A stretch of DNA of 64,000 nucleotides from Octopus sinensis (lineage: Eukaryota): NCBI RefSeq assembly GCF_006345805.1, contig NC_043008.1, positions 63,240,001 through 63,304,000 on the forward strand. Direction: 5' to 3'. This document shows positions 36,445 through 50,347 of this stretch, in pieces. The notes under the pieces are model-generated. The model ran no database searches, had not been told where the DNA came from, and saw nothing but the letters and a program-made list of their open reading frames with translations. Numbering within the stretch: position 1 is the first letter of the stretch; each line of letters starts with the position of its first letter. Position numbers and translations under genes: made by a program.

Positions 36445-36690
36445 TTAACGTCTGTTGTCCATGCTGGCATGGGTTGGACAGTTTGACTGGGCTGGCATGC
36501 TGGAAGGCTACACCAGGATCCAGTCTGATTTGGCATGGTTTTCTACAGCTGGATGCCCTTCCTAAAGCCAACCACTCTGAGAATGTAATGGGTGCTTTTA
36601 TATGCCACCTGCAGAGGTGCCATTTGTGCGACACTGGTATCTGCCCCAACTGTGACTTTGCTTGGCTTGATTGGGTCTTCTTTTCAAGCA
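36420..36690 (-). mobile_element. RTE 3' tail (family C)
   Basis: (CAT)n plus tttaacgtc...cagctggatgcccttcctaaagccaacc. Confidence 0.75.
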
Positions 36691-36704
36691 TAACATGATG
36701 CCAA

Positions 36705-36948
36705 AGGCAGCAAGCTGGTAGAAACACTAGCATGCTGGGCAAAATGCTTAGCAGTATTTTATTTTGTCTGCTGCTACATTCTGAGTTCAAATTCTGCTGA
36801 GGTCAACTTTTCCTTTCATCCTTTCGGGGTCGATTAAATAAGTAACAGTTATGCACTGGGGGAGGGTGATATAATTGACTTAATCCATTTGTCTGACCTT
36901 CTTTGTCCCCTATGTGTGTAGCTCCTTGTGAGCAGTAAAGAAATAAGA
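36705..36948 (+). mobile_element. SINE family A
   Basis: aaggcagcaagctggtagaaac head and aaagaaataagaa tail. Confidence 0.8.
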
Positions 36949-37152
36949 AATAATGCCAAAGGTCTTGATCATTGCCTCCACAAGGCCCAATGTTCAAAGT
37001 TTGAAGATCGTGCTTCACCACCTTGTTCTATGTCTTCCTGGGTCTACCTCAACCACAGGTTCCTTCCACACTTAGAGATTGGCACTTCTTACACAGATGT
37101 CCTCTACATTTCAGTGTGCCTACATTTACAATGCCAACTCTCAGAGAGAGAT

Positions 37153-37189
<37 letters not shown>

Positions 37190-37518
37190 TAGATAGACAG
37201 ATTCAGAAAACATGATGATGTAGCCTTCAAGTATATCAAAGATTGTAATGTTTAACTTCATTCATAGTGGCAGGATCAGAGACCTTCCTTCAATATTAGA
37301 ATATACCCGACTGATTTAACTAATTTTTATATCTTAAGTAACCATAAAATTTATGAATGTAATAAAATCTAAAAACCGACTTTTATATTTGCTTATTTGT
37401 GACACTCAAGAAACCATTGGGAATCGGTCATGCTGTTACCTCATTTGACCTTCATTAGGTCACTTACTTTGCTTTGCATGACACAGAGTTCTTCCCTATC
37501 TCGTCACTTACTTTATAG

Positions 37519-37652
37519 CAAATCCATTTCAACTTGCAGAAAATTGAATCCATTAAGCAATTACTTAAATTGTTCTTGGTGGGCTTACTGAATTTTCATG
37601 AACAAGCTAAATGGTTATGTGGAGCTGAAATATATTCTACTTTAATCCATCG
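37519..37652 (+). CDS. Candidate exon (QIHFNLQKIESIKQLLKLFLVGLLNFHEQAKWLCGAEIYSTLIHR)
   Basis: Acceptor cacttactttatag (alternative ttcaacttgcag at 37539) and an open helical-looking frame, but a weak donor (gtactt). Confidence 0.3.
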
Positions 37653-37759
37653 GTACTTATCCCGCTGGGTTCTTAAATCAGATCAAAGAAGAATTACTTA
37701 ACTACCAGTTTAATAAATTTAAAACATTTCATTTTCTTTTACTCCCTTTTTTTTTCACT

Positions 37760-37947
37760 ATACCTACATATATACATTCATGCATACATATATATACACA
37801 TATATATATACATATATATACACACACACACATATATACATATATATATATATAATATACATATATACACACACACAATATATATATACATATATACACA
37901 CATACACACACACATATATATATACATATATATACACACACACACAC

Positions 37948-37992
<45 letters not shown>

Positions 37993-38310
37993 TATATATA
38001 TATATATAATACATGTATATACATATATATACATATATATACATATATATACCTATATGCATATATATATATATTCATACATACAAATATATATACATAT
38101 ATATACACATATACACGTACATATATATACATACACACACACACATACACACATATATATACATATACACGTACATATATATATGCATACATACACACAT
38201 ACACACATATATATACATATACACGTACATATATATACATACACACACACACATACACACATATATATATATGTGTGTGTGTGTATGTTTATATGTATGT
38301 ATATAACCCT
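37760..38310. repeat. (TA)n/(CA)n compound microsatellite with ~46-bp higher-order units
   Basis: catatacacgtacatatatat recurs at ~38107, 38161 and 38215. Confidence 0.9.
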
Positions 38311-38925
38311 CATTTCATTTTATAGATCATGGTGACCAGAAACAGCATTTATCTCCCAACCAACATCACTGTCATCACCAACATAAACAACAACACAGCC
38401 ATCAACACCATCATCGTCGTCATCAGCCTTATCATCATCATCATCATCATCATCACAACCACCAGCACCACCATCACCACTATTACCACCACTTGCTCTA
38501 TTGACAACCCTGCCACCACAATTACGACCCAGACCAATCACAGATGCCATTGTTCTTATTGCCATCATCATCATTATCATCATCATCATCATCTCATCCT
38601 CATCACCATTATCATTATCATCGTCATCAGCAGCAGCAGCATCGTCATCATTATCATCATTATCATCATCGTTATCACTCTTCTAAATTAAATATACCTG
38701 AGAATATATTGATTATTGGTTAAAACATGAACATCTCTAGATGAATGTCTATGTTTACTCACACACCCACATACATACGTGTATGAATGCATGTATGTAT
38801 TTATGTATGTGTGTATATGTGTATATATATACATACATATATATATTTATATATATATATATTTATATACATATATATGTATGTATATATGCATACATGC
38901 GCATATATATATATACATATACACA

Positions 38926-38976
<51 letters not shown>

Positions 38977-39470
38977 ACATATACATATGTGTATATATGT
39001 GCGTGTCTATGTGTGTGTGAGTGTAAATGAAATGTCTAAATGCATAACTGCTAAGAAAATGGCAACTCTTTTTAGCTTCTGGTTACCGAGGAATTCTCAT
39101 TGTAGAAGAAATTGAGAAATTACATGGCAATCTAATGTTAGTATCCACCATCAATACTTCTTTGATATATTTTCTTTTGCACTAGAATGCCATTCTTCAA
39201 GGTGTGTGATTATATATATATGTAAAAAAAAAAAAAATTCTATTTCAAATGCATGAATGAATAGAAACGTACAGGCCTAATTTTCACCAATTGCATTGCT
39301 ATTTACAAAAAGTTGAAGTAAAATTCACATTACATGTGTCTGAGACTTATCATAATATACATATGTGTGTGTGTATATATATATATATATATGCATGTGT
39401 GTACATGTGTATGAATATATATGTACATATATAATATATATACATATATATGTGTGTATTAATATATATA

Positions 39471-39516
<46 letters not shown>

Positions 39517-39907
39517 TATATATATACACACATATATTAAAAGATGTTTCCTTTTATGTGAAGCTATTTTAAAAAACAATCACACATTCAACTAAATGAT
39601 TACTCAGTAATATATTTTAGCTGTGTACATGCATGTATTAATTAATTAATTAATTAATTAATTTTTACAAGACAATGTTTGAGAGTAACTTTGAAGTATC
39701 AGCTTGCACAGTGTTTTATCACACAGACAGATGATAGTGAGAAAGCCTGAAGTTCAAAATCACCATTGATTTTCCTTTTGAGAAAAAAATGGACATATTA
39801 ATACAGAAACATATATACGCATGCTTGCACACAGAGATAGATACAAGGATATATCATCTTTGTATGTATCATTTTATGGTTACCTAAGATATAAAATGAT
39901 ATATGTA

Positions 39908-40250
39908 TACAGACGAAGTTGTATCAACAAGTTCCTGGAACTAGTTATACTTAATGAAAAATAACATATTTATCAAAGTTTTAACATCATCTCCTTGGGA
40001 AAAGTCACATTGCACAGTAATATACTGGTTCCAACATTCCTGCCACATTTGGAATCCAGCCTGGAAGTCGATTTCCACAAGCAAGTCAAGGACCTTCTGT
40101 GAGTCACTCTGGATCTTGACAATGGTATTAAGACGGTGACCTTTGAGCTGCATTTTACCCTTGGGGAAAACATGGAAGTCTGCAGGTACTAAATTTGGTG
40201 AATAGGGTGGCTGTGAAAGTGATACCATGTTGTTTCTGGCAACACTCATC
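39908..40250 (-). mobile_element. mariner transposase C-terminal relic with one terminal repeat
   Basis: Reads SQPPYSPNLVPADFHVFPKGKMQLKG...FQMWQECWNQYITVQCDFSQGD (YSPDL motif region). TA-flanked end at ~39908. Confidence 0.85.
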
Positions 40251-40367
40251 TAAGGTTAGAGTGAACAGGCTTTAATCACCAATAATAATAACAGCTGTTT
40301 GTTGCTAAGTTTTTCTACACCCCTCCCCTCCTCCTGTCCCTCTTCCTCTTCTTCATCATCATTTAGG

Positions 40368-40590
40368 GAGAAGGTGGTGAGCTGGCAGAATCGTCATCAC
40401 ACTGGATGAAATGCTTAGCTGTATTTCGCCTGTCGATATATTCTGAGTTCAAATGCCGCCAAAGTCATCTTTTCTTCGCTCTTTCAGAGTCGATAAATTA
40501 AGTACCAGTCGTATACTGGGACAGATCTAATCGACTGCACCCCTACCTATCACCCCAAAATTTCAGGCCTTGTGCCCACAGTAGAAAGGA
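40368..40590 (+). mobile_element. SINE family A
   Basis: aaggtggtgagctggcagaatcg head and ttctgagttcaaat body. Confidence 0.8.
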
Positions 40591-40604
40591 TTATCATTTA
40601 GAGA

Positions 40605-40790
40605 CATTTTCCATGCTGGCATGGGTTAGATGGCTTGACTGGAACTGGGAAGCCAGAGTACGGCACCAGGCTCCAGTCGGGGTTTTGGTATGGTTTCTAC
40701 AGCTGGATGCCCTTCCTAATGCCAACCACTTCAGAGAGTGTACTGGGTGCTTTTAACTTGTAACTGGCATACGTAGCTTTGATGTGTCAC
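40605..40790 (-). mobile_element. RTE 3' tail (family C)
   Basis: ttccatgctggcatgggtt...cagctggatgcccttcctaatgccaacc. Confidence 0.75.
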
Positions 40791-41110
40791 CGACATATCA
40801 TAACTATTATATAAAATATAAATTAGGACATCATATGTATGTGTGAATGCATGAGTACGTCTGTGTGTGTATGAATGTGTTGTTGTTGTGTGTGTGTGTG
40901 TTGTATTTGTACGAAATCTTGAATTGACATCATAAAGCTCTTGTAAATGAGTCTCACTGTCCTACAAGCAGTGTTATTCAATACTCATCTCCAATGAAAA
41001 TGTCTAACACTGATGACAGGTGATGGTTGGTGACAGAAATGGCAAATAAGTATCAAAAAATCTGCCTCAATGGGAATTTGCCTCAAATAATCATTAAAAT
41101 GACGATAATA

Positions 41111-41145
<35 letters not shown>

Positions 41146-42134
41146 AAGGATGATGATGATGATGATGATGATGTTGATGGTGGTGGTGGTGATGGTGATG
41201 GTGATGATGATGATGATGGGAGGAGGAGGAGGAGGATGGCGATGATGATGGTGATGATGATGGTGGTGGTGGTGCTGGTGATGATGATGATGGTGATGAT
41301 GATGGTGGTGGTTGTGGTGGTGGTTATGATCACGATGAGTGTAGTGGATGCCTTTGGTGCCGCCCTTAGGTTTGCCAGCTCCTGTCAAATCTTCTAACCC
41401 GTGCCAGCATGGAAAACAGACGTTAAGCAATGAGGATAATAAAGATGCAGATGATGATGAATCCAGTGTCATAACAGAAATGGAACTGACCAAATATTTT
41501 AATTAAATTTATAATTAACATGAGCACACATGGTTATTAACAACCAAAGTGTATCAAGTGTTAATATAGAGGAGTGAGACTTATTAACAGCAAATACAGA
41601 ATTACTTTTCTGTAAATTTATCACCTCCTTTATTACTGATTGTAAGGAAGATACGAAGCTCAGTGAACACATCAAACTGATACCTATGAGAGTGTCCTAA
41701 GAGAATTTGTCACATAAAATTGTCATTCCAAACATATTTCCAAAGAAAATTATCTCTGAGCCAAGCATGGTACTCATATTTTCAGTTGTATAGCATGAGT
41801 TACCAGAATATGGGGCAAGGCAAGTAGTCAGCTTCGGGGCATACAATTTTTGTTTTATATTTCTAAGTCTTATAAGGCTGTGAGCTACCAGAACCGTTAT
41901 GATACTGGGAAAATTACTTTGCAGTATTTCATTTCATTCACTTTATGTTCTGAGTTCCAGTTCTGCTGGGGTCAGCTTTTTCCTTTCACAATTCTAGAAT
42001 TGATTAAATAAGTACCAGAAAAGCACTGGGGTGGATGTAATCGTCTAACCCCTTTCCCAAAATTTCCAGTTTGGTGCTTATAGTAGAAATGATCATTTCC
42101 AACTCATTTTATTTTTTGCACCCGTAAGAATATT

Positions 42135-42390
42135 ATGTGGAGGCATGTGGCTTAGTGGTTAGGGTGTCAGCATCATGTTCTTAAGATTGTGGTTTCGATT
42201 CCTGGACCGGGTGACATGTTGTGTTCTTGAGCAAAACACTTCATTTCACATTGCTCCATTCCACTCAGCTGGCAAAAATGAGTAACACTGCGATGGACTG
42301 GCGTACCGTCCAGCTGGGGAACACATACGCCATAGAAACCGGGAAACCGGGCCCATGAGCCTAGCTAGGCTTTAAAAGGGAGCATTTATT
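42135..42390 (+). mobile_element. tRNA-headed SINE family F (CORE-like plus V-domain-like body)
   Basis: gtggcttagtggttaggg A box, ggtttcgattcc B box, gtgttcttgagcaaaacactt, then ctgcgatggactggcgtaccgtccag...tagaaaccggg. Confidence 0.75.
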
Positions 42391-42614
42391 ATTTTTTTTA
42401 AGAATATTATATCCAACTAACTGCTCCTTTGGCCTTGCTCATACCACACTATCACCTGTTTTATTGTGTGTATATCGTGGCACACAAGTGTATGATATCA
42501 CTACAATCACCTTCACTTTCCTACACCAGAAATACTTCCACTTTTGAACTGTCTTAATCTGAGACAGTGTACCAATAATTTTGTCTCATTCTGTCAGCTG
42601 CTCCTATAACATAG

Positions 42615-42668
42615 GTTTTGTGGAGAAGCCTTGACTTAACGGCCTCAGGAACTCTCTTTCTGAGACAT
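42615..42668 (+). CDS. Candidate 54-nt exon (VLWRSLDLTASGTLFLRH)
   Basis: Strong donor CAT|gtaagt at 42669. The acceptor at 42614 gives an open phase-0 frame; the stronger acceptor at 42597 gives stops in all frames. Confidence 0.35.
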
Positions 42669-43109
42669 GTAAGTTTCATTTTACGACTTGCTTGTCATAA
42701 GCTACTTTATTAATTAAATTACATCATGGTTACTTTATATTTTATACTGACAACTTGTGGCTATCATAAAAATTTTTCCTTTAATCATTAATCATTCTCT
42801 TTTCTCCTACTCATACTTGAGCTCAAAACTGTCAAATTCTAAATGAAGAGTTTCAGAAAAGAGTTATTATCCTATTTTACTGCCATATTTTCATGTTGAT
42901 AATCAAATGTGTATGATATTTTTCATAAATATCTCTCAGCTATGTCACTATTCAATGAAGCTATGACATAAAGACTACATGGAATCCTGCACACACACAC
43001 ATGGAGGCACACAAATGTGTGTCCTATGTAATGTAGAAAAAAGAAAAGAAGTAAATACTTTCTTTAATAATACTGTTACCAATTGAGCATTTCTTTCTCC
43101 CCTAATTAC

Positions 43110-43127
43110 CGTAAGAAACAGAGCCAT
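43110..43127 (-). CDS. Candidate first coding exon (MALFLT)
   Basis: Good Kozak context gggaaaATGG, donor ACG|gtaatt, and 48 bp from a perfect X-box. Confidence 0.3.
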
Positions 43128-43153
43128 TTTCCCTTTATTATGATCATATCGTT

Positions 43154-43188
43154 CCAATAATTGGCTGCTAGAAGGTTTCCATGGTAAC
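43154..43188. promoter_or_regulatory. RFX X-box (GTTTCCATGGTAAC, 43175-43188) with inverted CCAAT pair (CCAAT-A-ATTGG, 43154-43164)
   Basis: Exact match to the palindromic RFX consensus GTNRCC/GTTYCC-AT-GGNAAC, in unique sequence. Confidence 0.5.
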
Positions 43189-43328
43189 TCAATAGAATTA
43201 CAGATATTTCTAATAAATTACAGAAACTATTTTATTTTTCATTTTATGGAGATTATCACAATACTGTATTTTATTTTCTCCTAACTTATTCATTTTACTT
43301 TTTCAAATAAAAACGTGTATATAAATGC

Positions 43329-43371
<43 letters not shown>

Positions 43372-44090
43372 TATATAATATATATATATATATATATGTA
43401 TACATATTAATATACATGCATATTGGGAACAAATGTTATATTTTCCAACTCCACAACAAGCGGTGTGATATTTATGGTCTTGGTAAAGAAAAAGCTAATG
43501 AATCTGTATCTCAGGTGATGTGTTGCAGACTGTAGAGAGACAAATTAAAAAGAGTCTTGTTAGTTATAGATAATATGGAATGTTATAGAATATTTCACAT
43601 AAAAGCATCTCTAACATGGTATTTTAACACTTTTCACATTAATAATTCTACATTACTGAATGAAAAAATAATAACAAGCTATGTTTAGAAGTAGGTTTAT
43701 TTGAAGAAGTGTATAGCATCATATTATTTCTCTCAGCCTGTATGTATGATTAAATATCACACACTGATATAGTTGCATAAAATTTATGAACTTGGAAAGG
43801 ATGTTAATGATATCAGTGAAAAAAAAAAATTATGGAGAATATTTCTCATAAATTCTGCATATAAAATGAGTCAAATGGAATGCCATTATGTGGACACAAC
43901 AATGGATAGGAAAGAAATAACAGTAAAATGTGCCTTGAATTACACCGTACTGTCTTTAAGATCGGATACGTAACATAAGATAGTCCTTGATAGGTAGCAA
44001 AAGAGAGTATGGATGCTCATGGTTGGCATGCATTTAGTCATAAGATTACTCAATTAGAACTGAACTGGTGCTAAGCAACAACTACTATGC

Positions 44091-44327
44091 TTACTCTTTT
44101 ACTTGCTTCAGTCATTTGACTGTGGCCATGCTGGAGCATCACTTTTAGTCTAGCAAATCGACCCCAGGACTTATTTTCAGTTTCCATCTACCAAATCCAC
44201 TCACAAGGCTTTGGTCAGCCCAAGGCTATAGTAGAAGACACTTGCCCAAGGTGCCACGCAGTGGGACTGAACCTGGAACCATGTAATTGGTAAGCAAGCT
44301 ACAGACCACACAGCCACTCCTGTGCCT
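44091..44327 (-). mobile_element. SINE family B, internally deleted
   Basis: The tail segment joins directly to the head/CORE segment (gacttatt|ttcagtttcc). Confidence 0.8.
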
Positions 44328-45029
44328 ATGCTTGAGGAGTTTTTGAAGGGAAAATGTATATGTTCATTAAAACAAGAGACACACCTCAGTAAAGTACAAA
44401 GATATGTCTCCATAAAATAGATACATGCTCATGAAATGAAAAGTTTCATGTTCATAAAATGAAAATATACATGTTTATAAAATAAAGAGATGCATTTTCT
44501 GCCCTTCATTTTTTTTTACTTGTGTGAGTCATTGGATTGTGGCCATACTGGAGACCAGTATTGTAGGGTTTAGTCAAACATCGAACCAGGTATTTTTGGT
44601 TTTGTATTTTTGAACTGATACTTACTTGGCCTCTTTTTACCGAATCGCTAAGTTACAAGGACATAAACAAAACAACACAGGTGATCAAAATGATGGATGG
44701 GATATCAATCATATACACACATATTTTGTGGATAGACAGAGAGACAGACAAATTGGTGAACAGCCAAATAGTATGAGATTCCGCACAATTTCACTTCGTC
44801 CATCACATTCACTCACAAGGTATTTGTGTTGATGGTGGTGAAGATGATGATGATGATGAGGAAAATGATGACGACAGCCACAATGACAATGATGATGATC
44901 ATGATGATACTGATAGTGACAATGCTACTTTTAGAATTAATACAGGAAGGAAACCTGACATATAAAAATAAGTGGAAACCAAGAGAGCATCATACACATT
45001 ACATTTCATTAAGTGTTTTCTAATTGCAA

Positions 45030-46230
<1,201 letters not shown>

Positions 46231-46531
46231 ATTGGCACAAAAGTAAGGCTATTCAACTATCTCTTTCGCATTGACATATTGACAGTTTAGATCTTAATTA
46301 TAAAAAATATGAAACCATTATTCGATGCTAATTCAGTTAATTTTGTCAAACACCCTTTTCAGGTTGAAAGTCAGAAATTTAAATGTAATAAAATGTTTTA
46401 AAAGAAATTTAAAATGCCTACTTGATAACTGGAAGCCTTCTTTTTGGCCACCCTGTGTGTATATGTGTGTGTGTGTGTATGTGTATGTATATATATATGG
46501 ATATATGTATATTCATATAAATATCTTTATG

Positions 46532-46603
<72 letters not shown>

Positions 46604-46801
46604 TCAAAACAAAAATATTTATAAATATATTTATATTATATATATATATATATATAATTCATAAATAAGGGCAAAGGAAAAAATTTCTAATGCCAAATAT
46701 GCCGAAAAATTGGACATATTGTGCATTAACCATTTAATTTTTTCACAATACGCACGCTACTCGAAACAAGGTCGACAGAAATTTCTAAAAATTTCCATTA
46801 T

Positions 46802-46859
46802 TACCATATCGGACTGATTTCAGAGTTAGCTACTAAGAGCCCTCTCTTCGTCAGTGATA
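46802..46859 (-). ncRNA. Candidate type I (minimal) hammerhead ribozyme
   Basis: Minus strand reads UAUCA-CUGACGA-AGAG[AGGGCUC UUAG UAG CUAA]CUCU-GAAA-UC[AGUCC]GA-UA|UGGUA. All core nucleotides are present; stem I is 5 bp, stem II 4+4 bp, and stem III 2 bp plus A15.1-U16.1. Predicted cleavage after AUA. Confidence 0.6.
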
Positions 46860-47420
46860 CATGTGGCAAAAGAAATAAATGAGATACGTACTCGTACCCA
46901 TGGAACACTAAGTCACGGGCACAACTAAGTACCCCAAATATATCCAAAATAGAAATACTCCAGCCTTGAAAATTAACTAAGGGGTACGCTAAAATCAGTT
47001 ATTTAGCATGATGGATTAAAGGCTTGTTGTATTTAGTTGAGCCTATGCATGAATGATATAATGTGCATGTGCCAATTAAAACAGTTGCTGGATTAAGTGG
47101 GGAAAAAAGGAATGGTTTGTTAAGCCATCAAGATTGTTTAAGAGAAAAGAGAAATATCATAGACTATTGTGGTAAGTATGGACCATCTCAGTTCTTAAGT
47201 ATTTTTGTTCTTTCACTCGGGTTGCTACGGCAATGTGTGTCGCTTGACATTATTTCACTCAAAGTAAACAGAAGACCAATTAAAATGTTCTGGATGTGTA
47301 GACACACACAGATATATACACACATACATATATACAAAGATATACATACATGGACAAGCATGGTCATGCAGAACATACTCACACACACACATGCTTATAT
47401 ATATGTGTGTTTGTGTGCGT

Positions 47421-47990
47421 ATATTGGGTCATACCATAAATAAAACGTTTTTTTTTATAGTTCTTTTATTTTTCAAAATTAAGATAAACAAAGTTCATTT
47501 TTTAATCTAAATTATACTTTCCTTCGTCTTCTACGATGTTCTTCCATCTATCTGTTATACTTGCAAAGCCCCTCTTCCAAAATTCACTCGTCCATGATGA
47601 AAAATACTTCTCCAGCAATGTTCTGACCTCATCTACAGAATTCATATTTTTTCTGTCCAAATGATTTTGAAACTTGTGGAATAAATGATAATAATATGAA
47701 GCAATGTCTGGCAAATATGGTGGGTGGGGCATTGTTTCCCATTCAAACTGCTCCAGCTTTTGGAATGTCATTCTCACTGTATGTGGCTGAGCGTTATCCT
47801 GATAGAAGAACACTTATCGTCTTGAAATCAAAAGATGGTTGTTTTCCTTCTAGTGCTGGTATCGATGACTGGTTGAACAACCAAATCCAAGCTTCTCTGC
47901 TAGTTCCTCAACAGTTGTCTGATCCCCATATACTGCATTGCTATTCCCCACACTTTCTGTTGCACTGTTGCTTTTATTGAATTCATATAG
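47421..47990 (-). mobile_element. Internally deleted mariner transposon relic
   Basis: Reads FYQDNAQPH...MPHPPYLPDIASYYYHLF...RWKNIVEDEGKY (D34D region). The TIR-like end tattgggtcataccataaataa lies at 47421. Confidence 0.85.
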
Positions 47991-48404
47991 TTCAGTTGTC
48001 AAAATGTAGAGTGGTATTAATTAAGGATTTCAAATTCAAAGTTACACAAAATTTTAATTAAATGTATATATTGTATAGATTGAAAAATGTATTGAATAGT
48101 TAATGAAGTATATCTCCATAAGAATCTGATGGAAATATCTAGACATATCAGGACATTCATATTTAATTCTGTTTCATTCGCTGCAATTGCTATATAGAAC
48201 AAGACAACATGCCTGTGAGTATGTCAGAAATACAAGATGTGATGAAAAAGGAAAAAAAGAAAAACCTTCAGATTTACCAATTTTCATAAATGTTTCAGGC
48301 ATAAGTGCTGGATGAACATTATTCCAAACAATGATTGATACGTGTGAGTGAAAACTGAAAGAATACTACATGAAGGCATCATTATTATATGCCTGAGTTC
48401 ACCC

Positions 48405-48570
48405 ATTACGTTCTGAGTTCAAATTCTGCCAAGGTCGACTTAGCCTATCATCCTTTTAGGGTTGATTAAATAAGTACCTGTTACGTACTGAGATCGATGT
48501 AATCGACTTAATCCCCTTGTCTGTCCTTGTTTGTCCCCTCTATGTTTAGCCCCTTGTGGGTAATAAACAA
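48405..48570 (+). mobile_element. SINE family A (5'-truncated)
   Basis: ttacgttctgagttcaaattc...tttagccccttgtggg. Confidence 0.8.
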
Positions 48571-48884
48571 ATAATTATTATATGCCTAATTTTACTAAGG
48601 TTCCATCATCATCATCGTAGTCGTCATCGTCATTGTCATCATCTTCTTCATCATCTTCATTGTCATCATCATCATTGTCATCGTCTACTTTGTGTTCATT
48701 ATCATCTTCATGTTCATCATCCCCACCACCACTACCACCACCATCATCGTCGTCGTCATCATTGTCATCAGCTTTTAACATCCGTCTTCTATGCTGGCAT
48801 GAATGGGATGGTTTTTACAGAAGCTGGCCAACCAGAGGACTGTACTTTCTGTTTTGGCATTTTTTCTATATATAGGGATGCCAT

Positions 48885-49294
48885 TCTTATTTCTTTATTA
48901 CCCACAAGGGGCTAAACATAGAGGGGACAAACAAGGACAGAATAAGGGATTAAATCAATTACATCGACCCCAGTGCGTAACTGGTACTTAATTTATTCAC
49001 CCCGAAAGGATGAAATGCAAAGTCGACCTCGGCGGAATTTGAACTCAGAACATCATGGCAGATGAAATACCTATTTCTTTACTACCCACAAGGAGCTAAA
49101 CACAGAGGGGACAAACAAGGACAGACAAACGGATTAAGTCGATTACATCGACCCCAGTGCGTAATTGATACTTAATTTATCGACCCCGAAAGGATGAAAG
49201 GCAAAGTCGACCTCGGCAGAATTTGAACTCAGAACGTAACGGCAGACGAAATACCACTAAGCATTTCGCCCGGCATGCTAACGTTTCTGCCAGC
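48885..49294 (-). mobile_element. Two head-to-tail SINE family A copies
   Basis: Units at ~48885-49069 and 49070-49294; the second is near consensus. Confidence 0.85.
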
Positions 49295-49859
49295 CCTTCC
49301 TAATGGAAGCCACTTTACAGCATGGACCAGGTGCCCACAAGCAACATAAAATGCAAGGCTTCTCTGCGCTGTGTCTGTCCAGAGCATTCTGTAATGCTTC
49401 CATTACCAAATGCATTTAGAAACTCAACAATTTGTAATTAATTCATCTATTGTTTGTAAATCACAAAGGTGATACAGATTAATAATTATGTGAAGGAGAC
49501 GTATTAATGAAGTATTTCTCTCGTTAATGGCTTAGTGGTAAATTAAAATGTGGAGCTGTGGGGATAAAACAGACAAATATTTCATGTGGCTGTTTGTTAT
49601 TGTGGTTGATATTGTTTCTGTTGTTGTTGTTGTTATTGCTGTTGTTGTTATTGTTGTTGTTGTTGTTTTTGTAGTTGTTATTGTTGTAGTTATTGTTGTT
49701 GTTGCCTTCATTGATGCTGTTGTTGCTGTTGTTGTTGTTGTTATTGCTGTTGTTGTTATTGTTGTTGTTGTTGTTTTTGTAGTTGTTATTGTTGTAGTTA
49801 TTGTTGTTGTTGCCTTCATTGATGCTGTTGTTGCTGTTGTTGATGCTGCTGTTGTTGTT

Positions 49860-50060
49860 GTTAAGCAACAAGACAGGTAAGGGTGATTAGGTGATGGTCT
49901 AGGGCTTAGGGGTGGGAGACCCCAGACCTTGGAAAAAATCCAACTTTAGTCGTCTTGTTGTAGTCGAGGGCTCTTCATTGATGTCCGACACCACTGGGAG
50001 GTGGCACTCGAAGTCACTGGAAATGGAGACCTCCAGGTCCAGATTCTTGAACGGCTGTTG
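49860..50060 (-). repeat. ~200-bp GC-richer element embedded in trinucleotide repeats, copy 2
   Basis: Closely matches 33990-34190. Confidence 0.75.
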
Positions 50061-50347
50061 CTGCTGTTGTAATTGTTGCTACCACTACTGCTATTGTCAT
50101 TGGGGTTGTTGTTGTTGTTGTCACTGCTGCTGTTGTCTTCTTCTTCTTCTTCCAATCAGAACTCACGCCATTAGCCACAAAGAATAATCTCTAATTTGAG
50201 CCTACTCTAAGCTACTAAGAATGCGGTGGTGGTGGTGGTGGTAATGGTGGTGGTGGTGGTGGTGGTGGTGGTGGTGGTGGTGGTGGTGGTGGTAATGGTG
50301 GTGGTGGTGGTAGTGGTGATGGTGGTGATGATGAGGATGATGAGGAT

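Noticed and set aside
37729-39115. Numerous poly-YI/HT/CV ORFs (also 27.3, 45-46, 52.5-53, 57 and 63 kb)
   Set aside because: Dinucleotide microsatellite artefacts.
43773-43973. 66-aa plus ORF downstream of the X-box
   Set aside because: Weak acceptor, no recognisable homology, and a length expected by chance.
46760-46785. Plus-strand CTCGAAAC-AAG-GTC half-hammerhead
   Set aside because: No upstream CUGANGA and no stem II partner.
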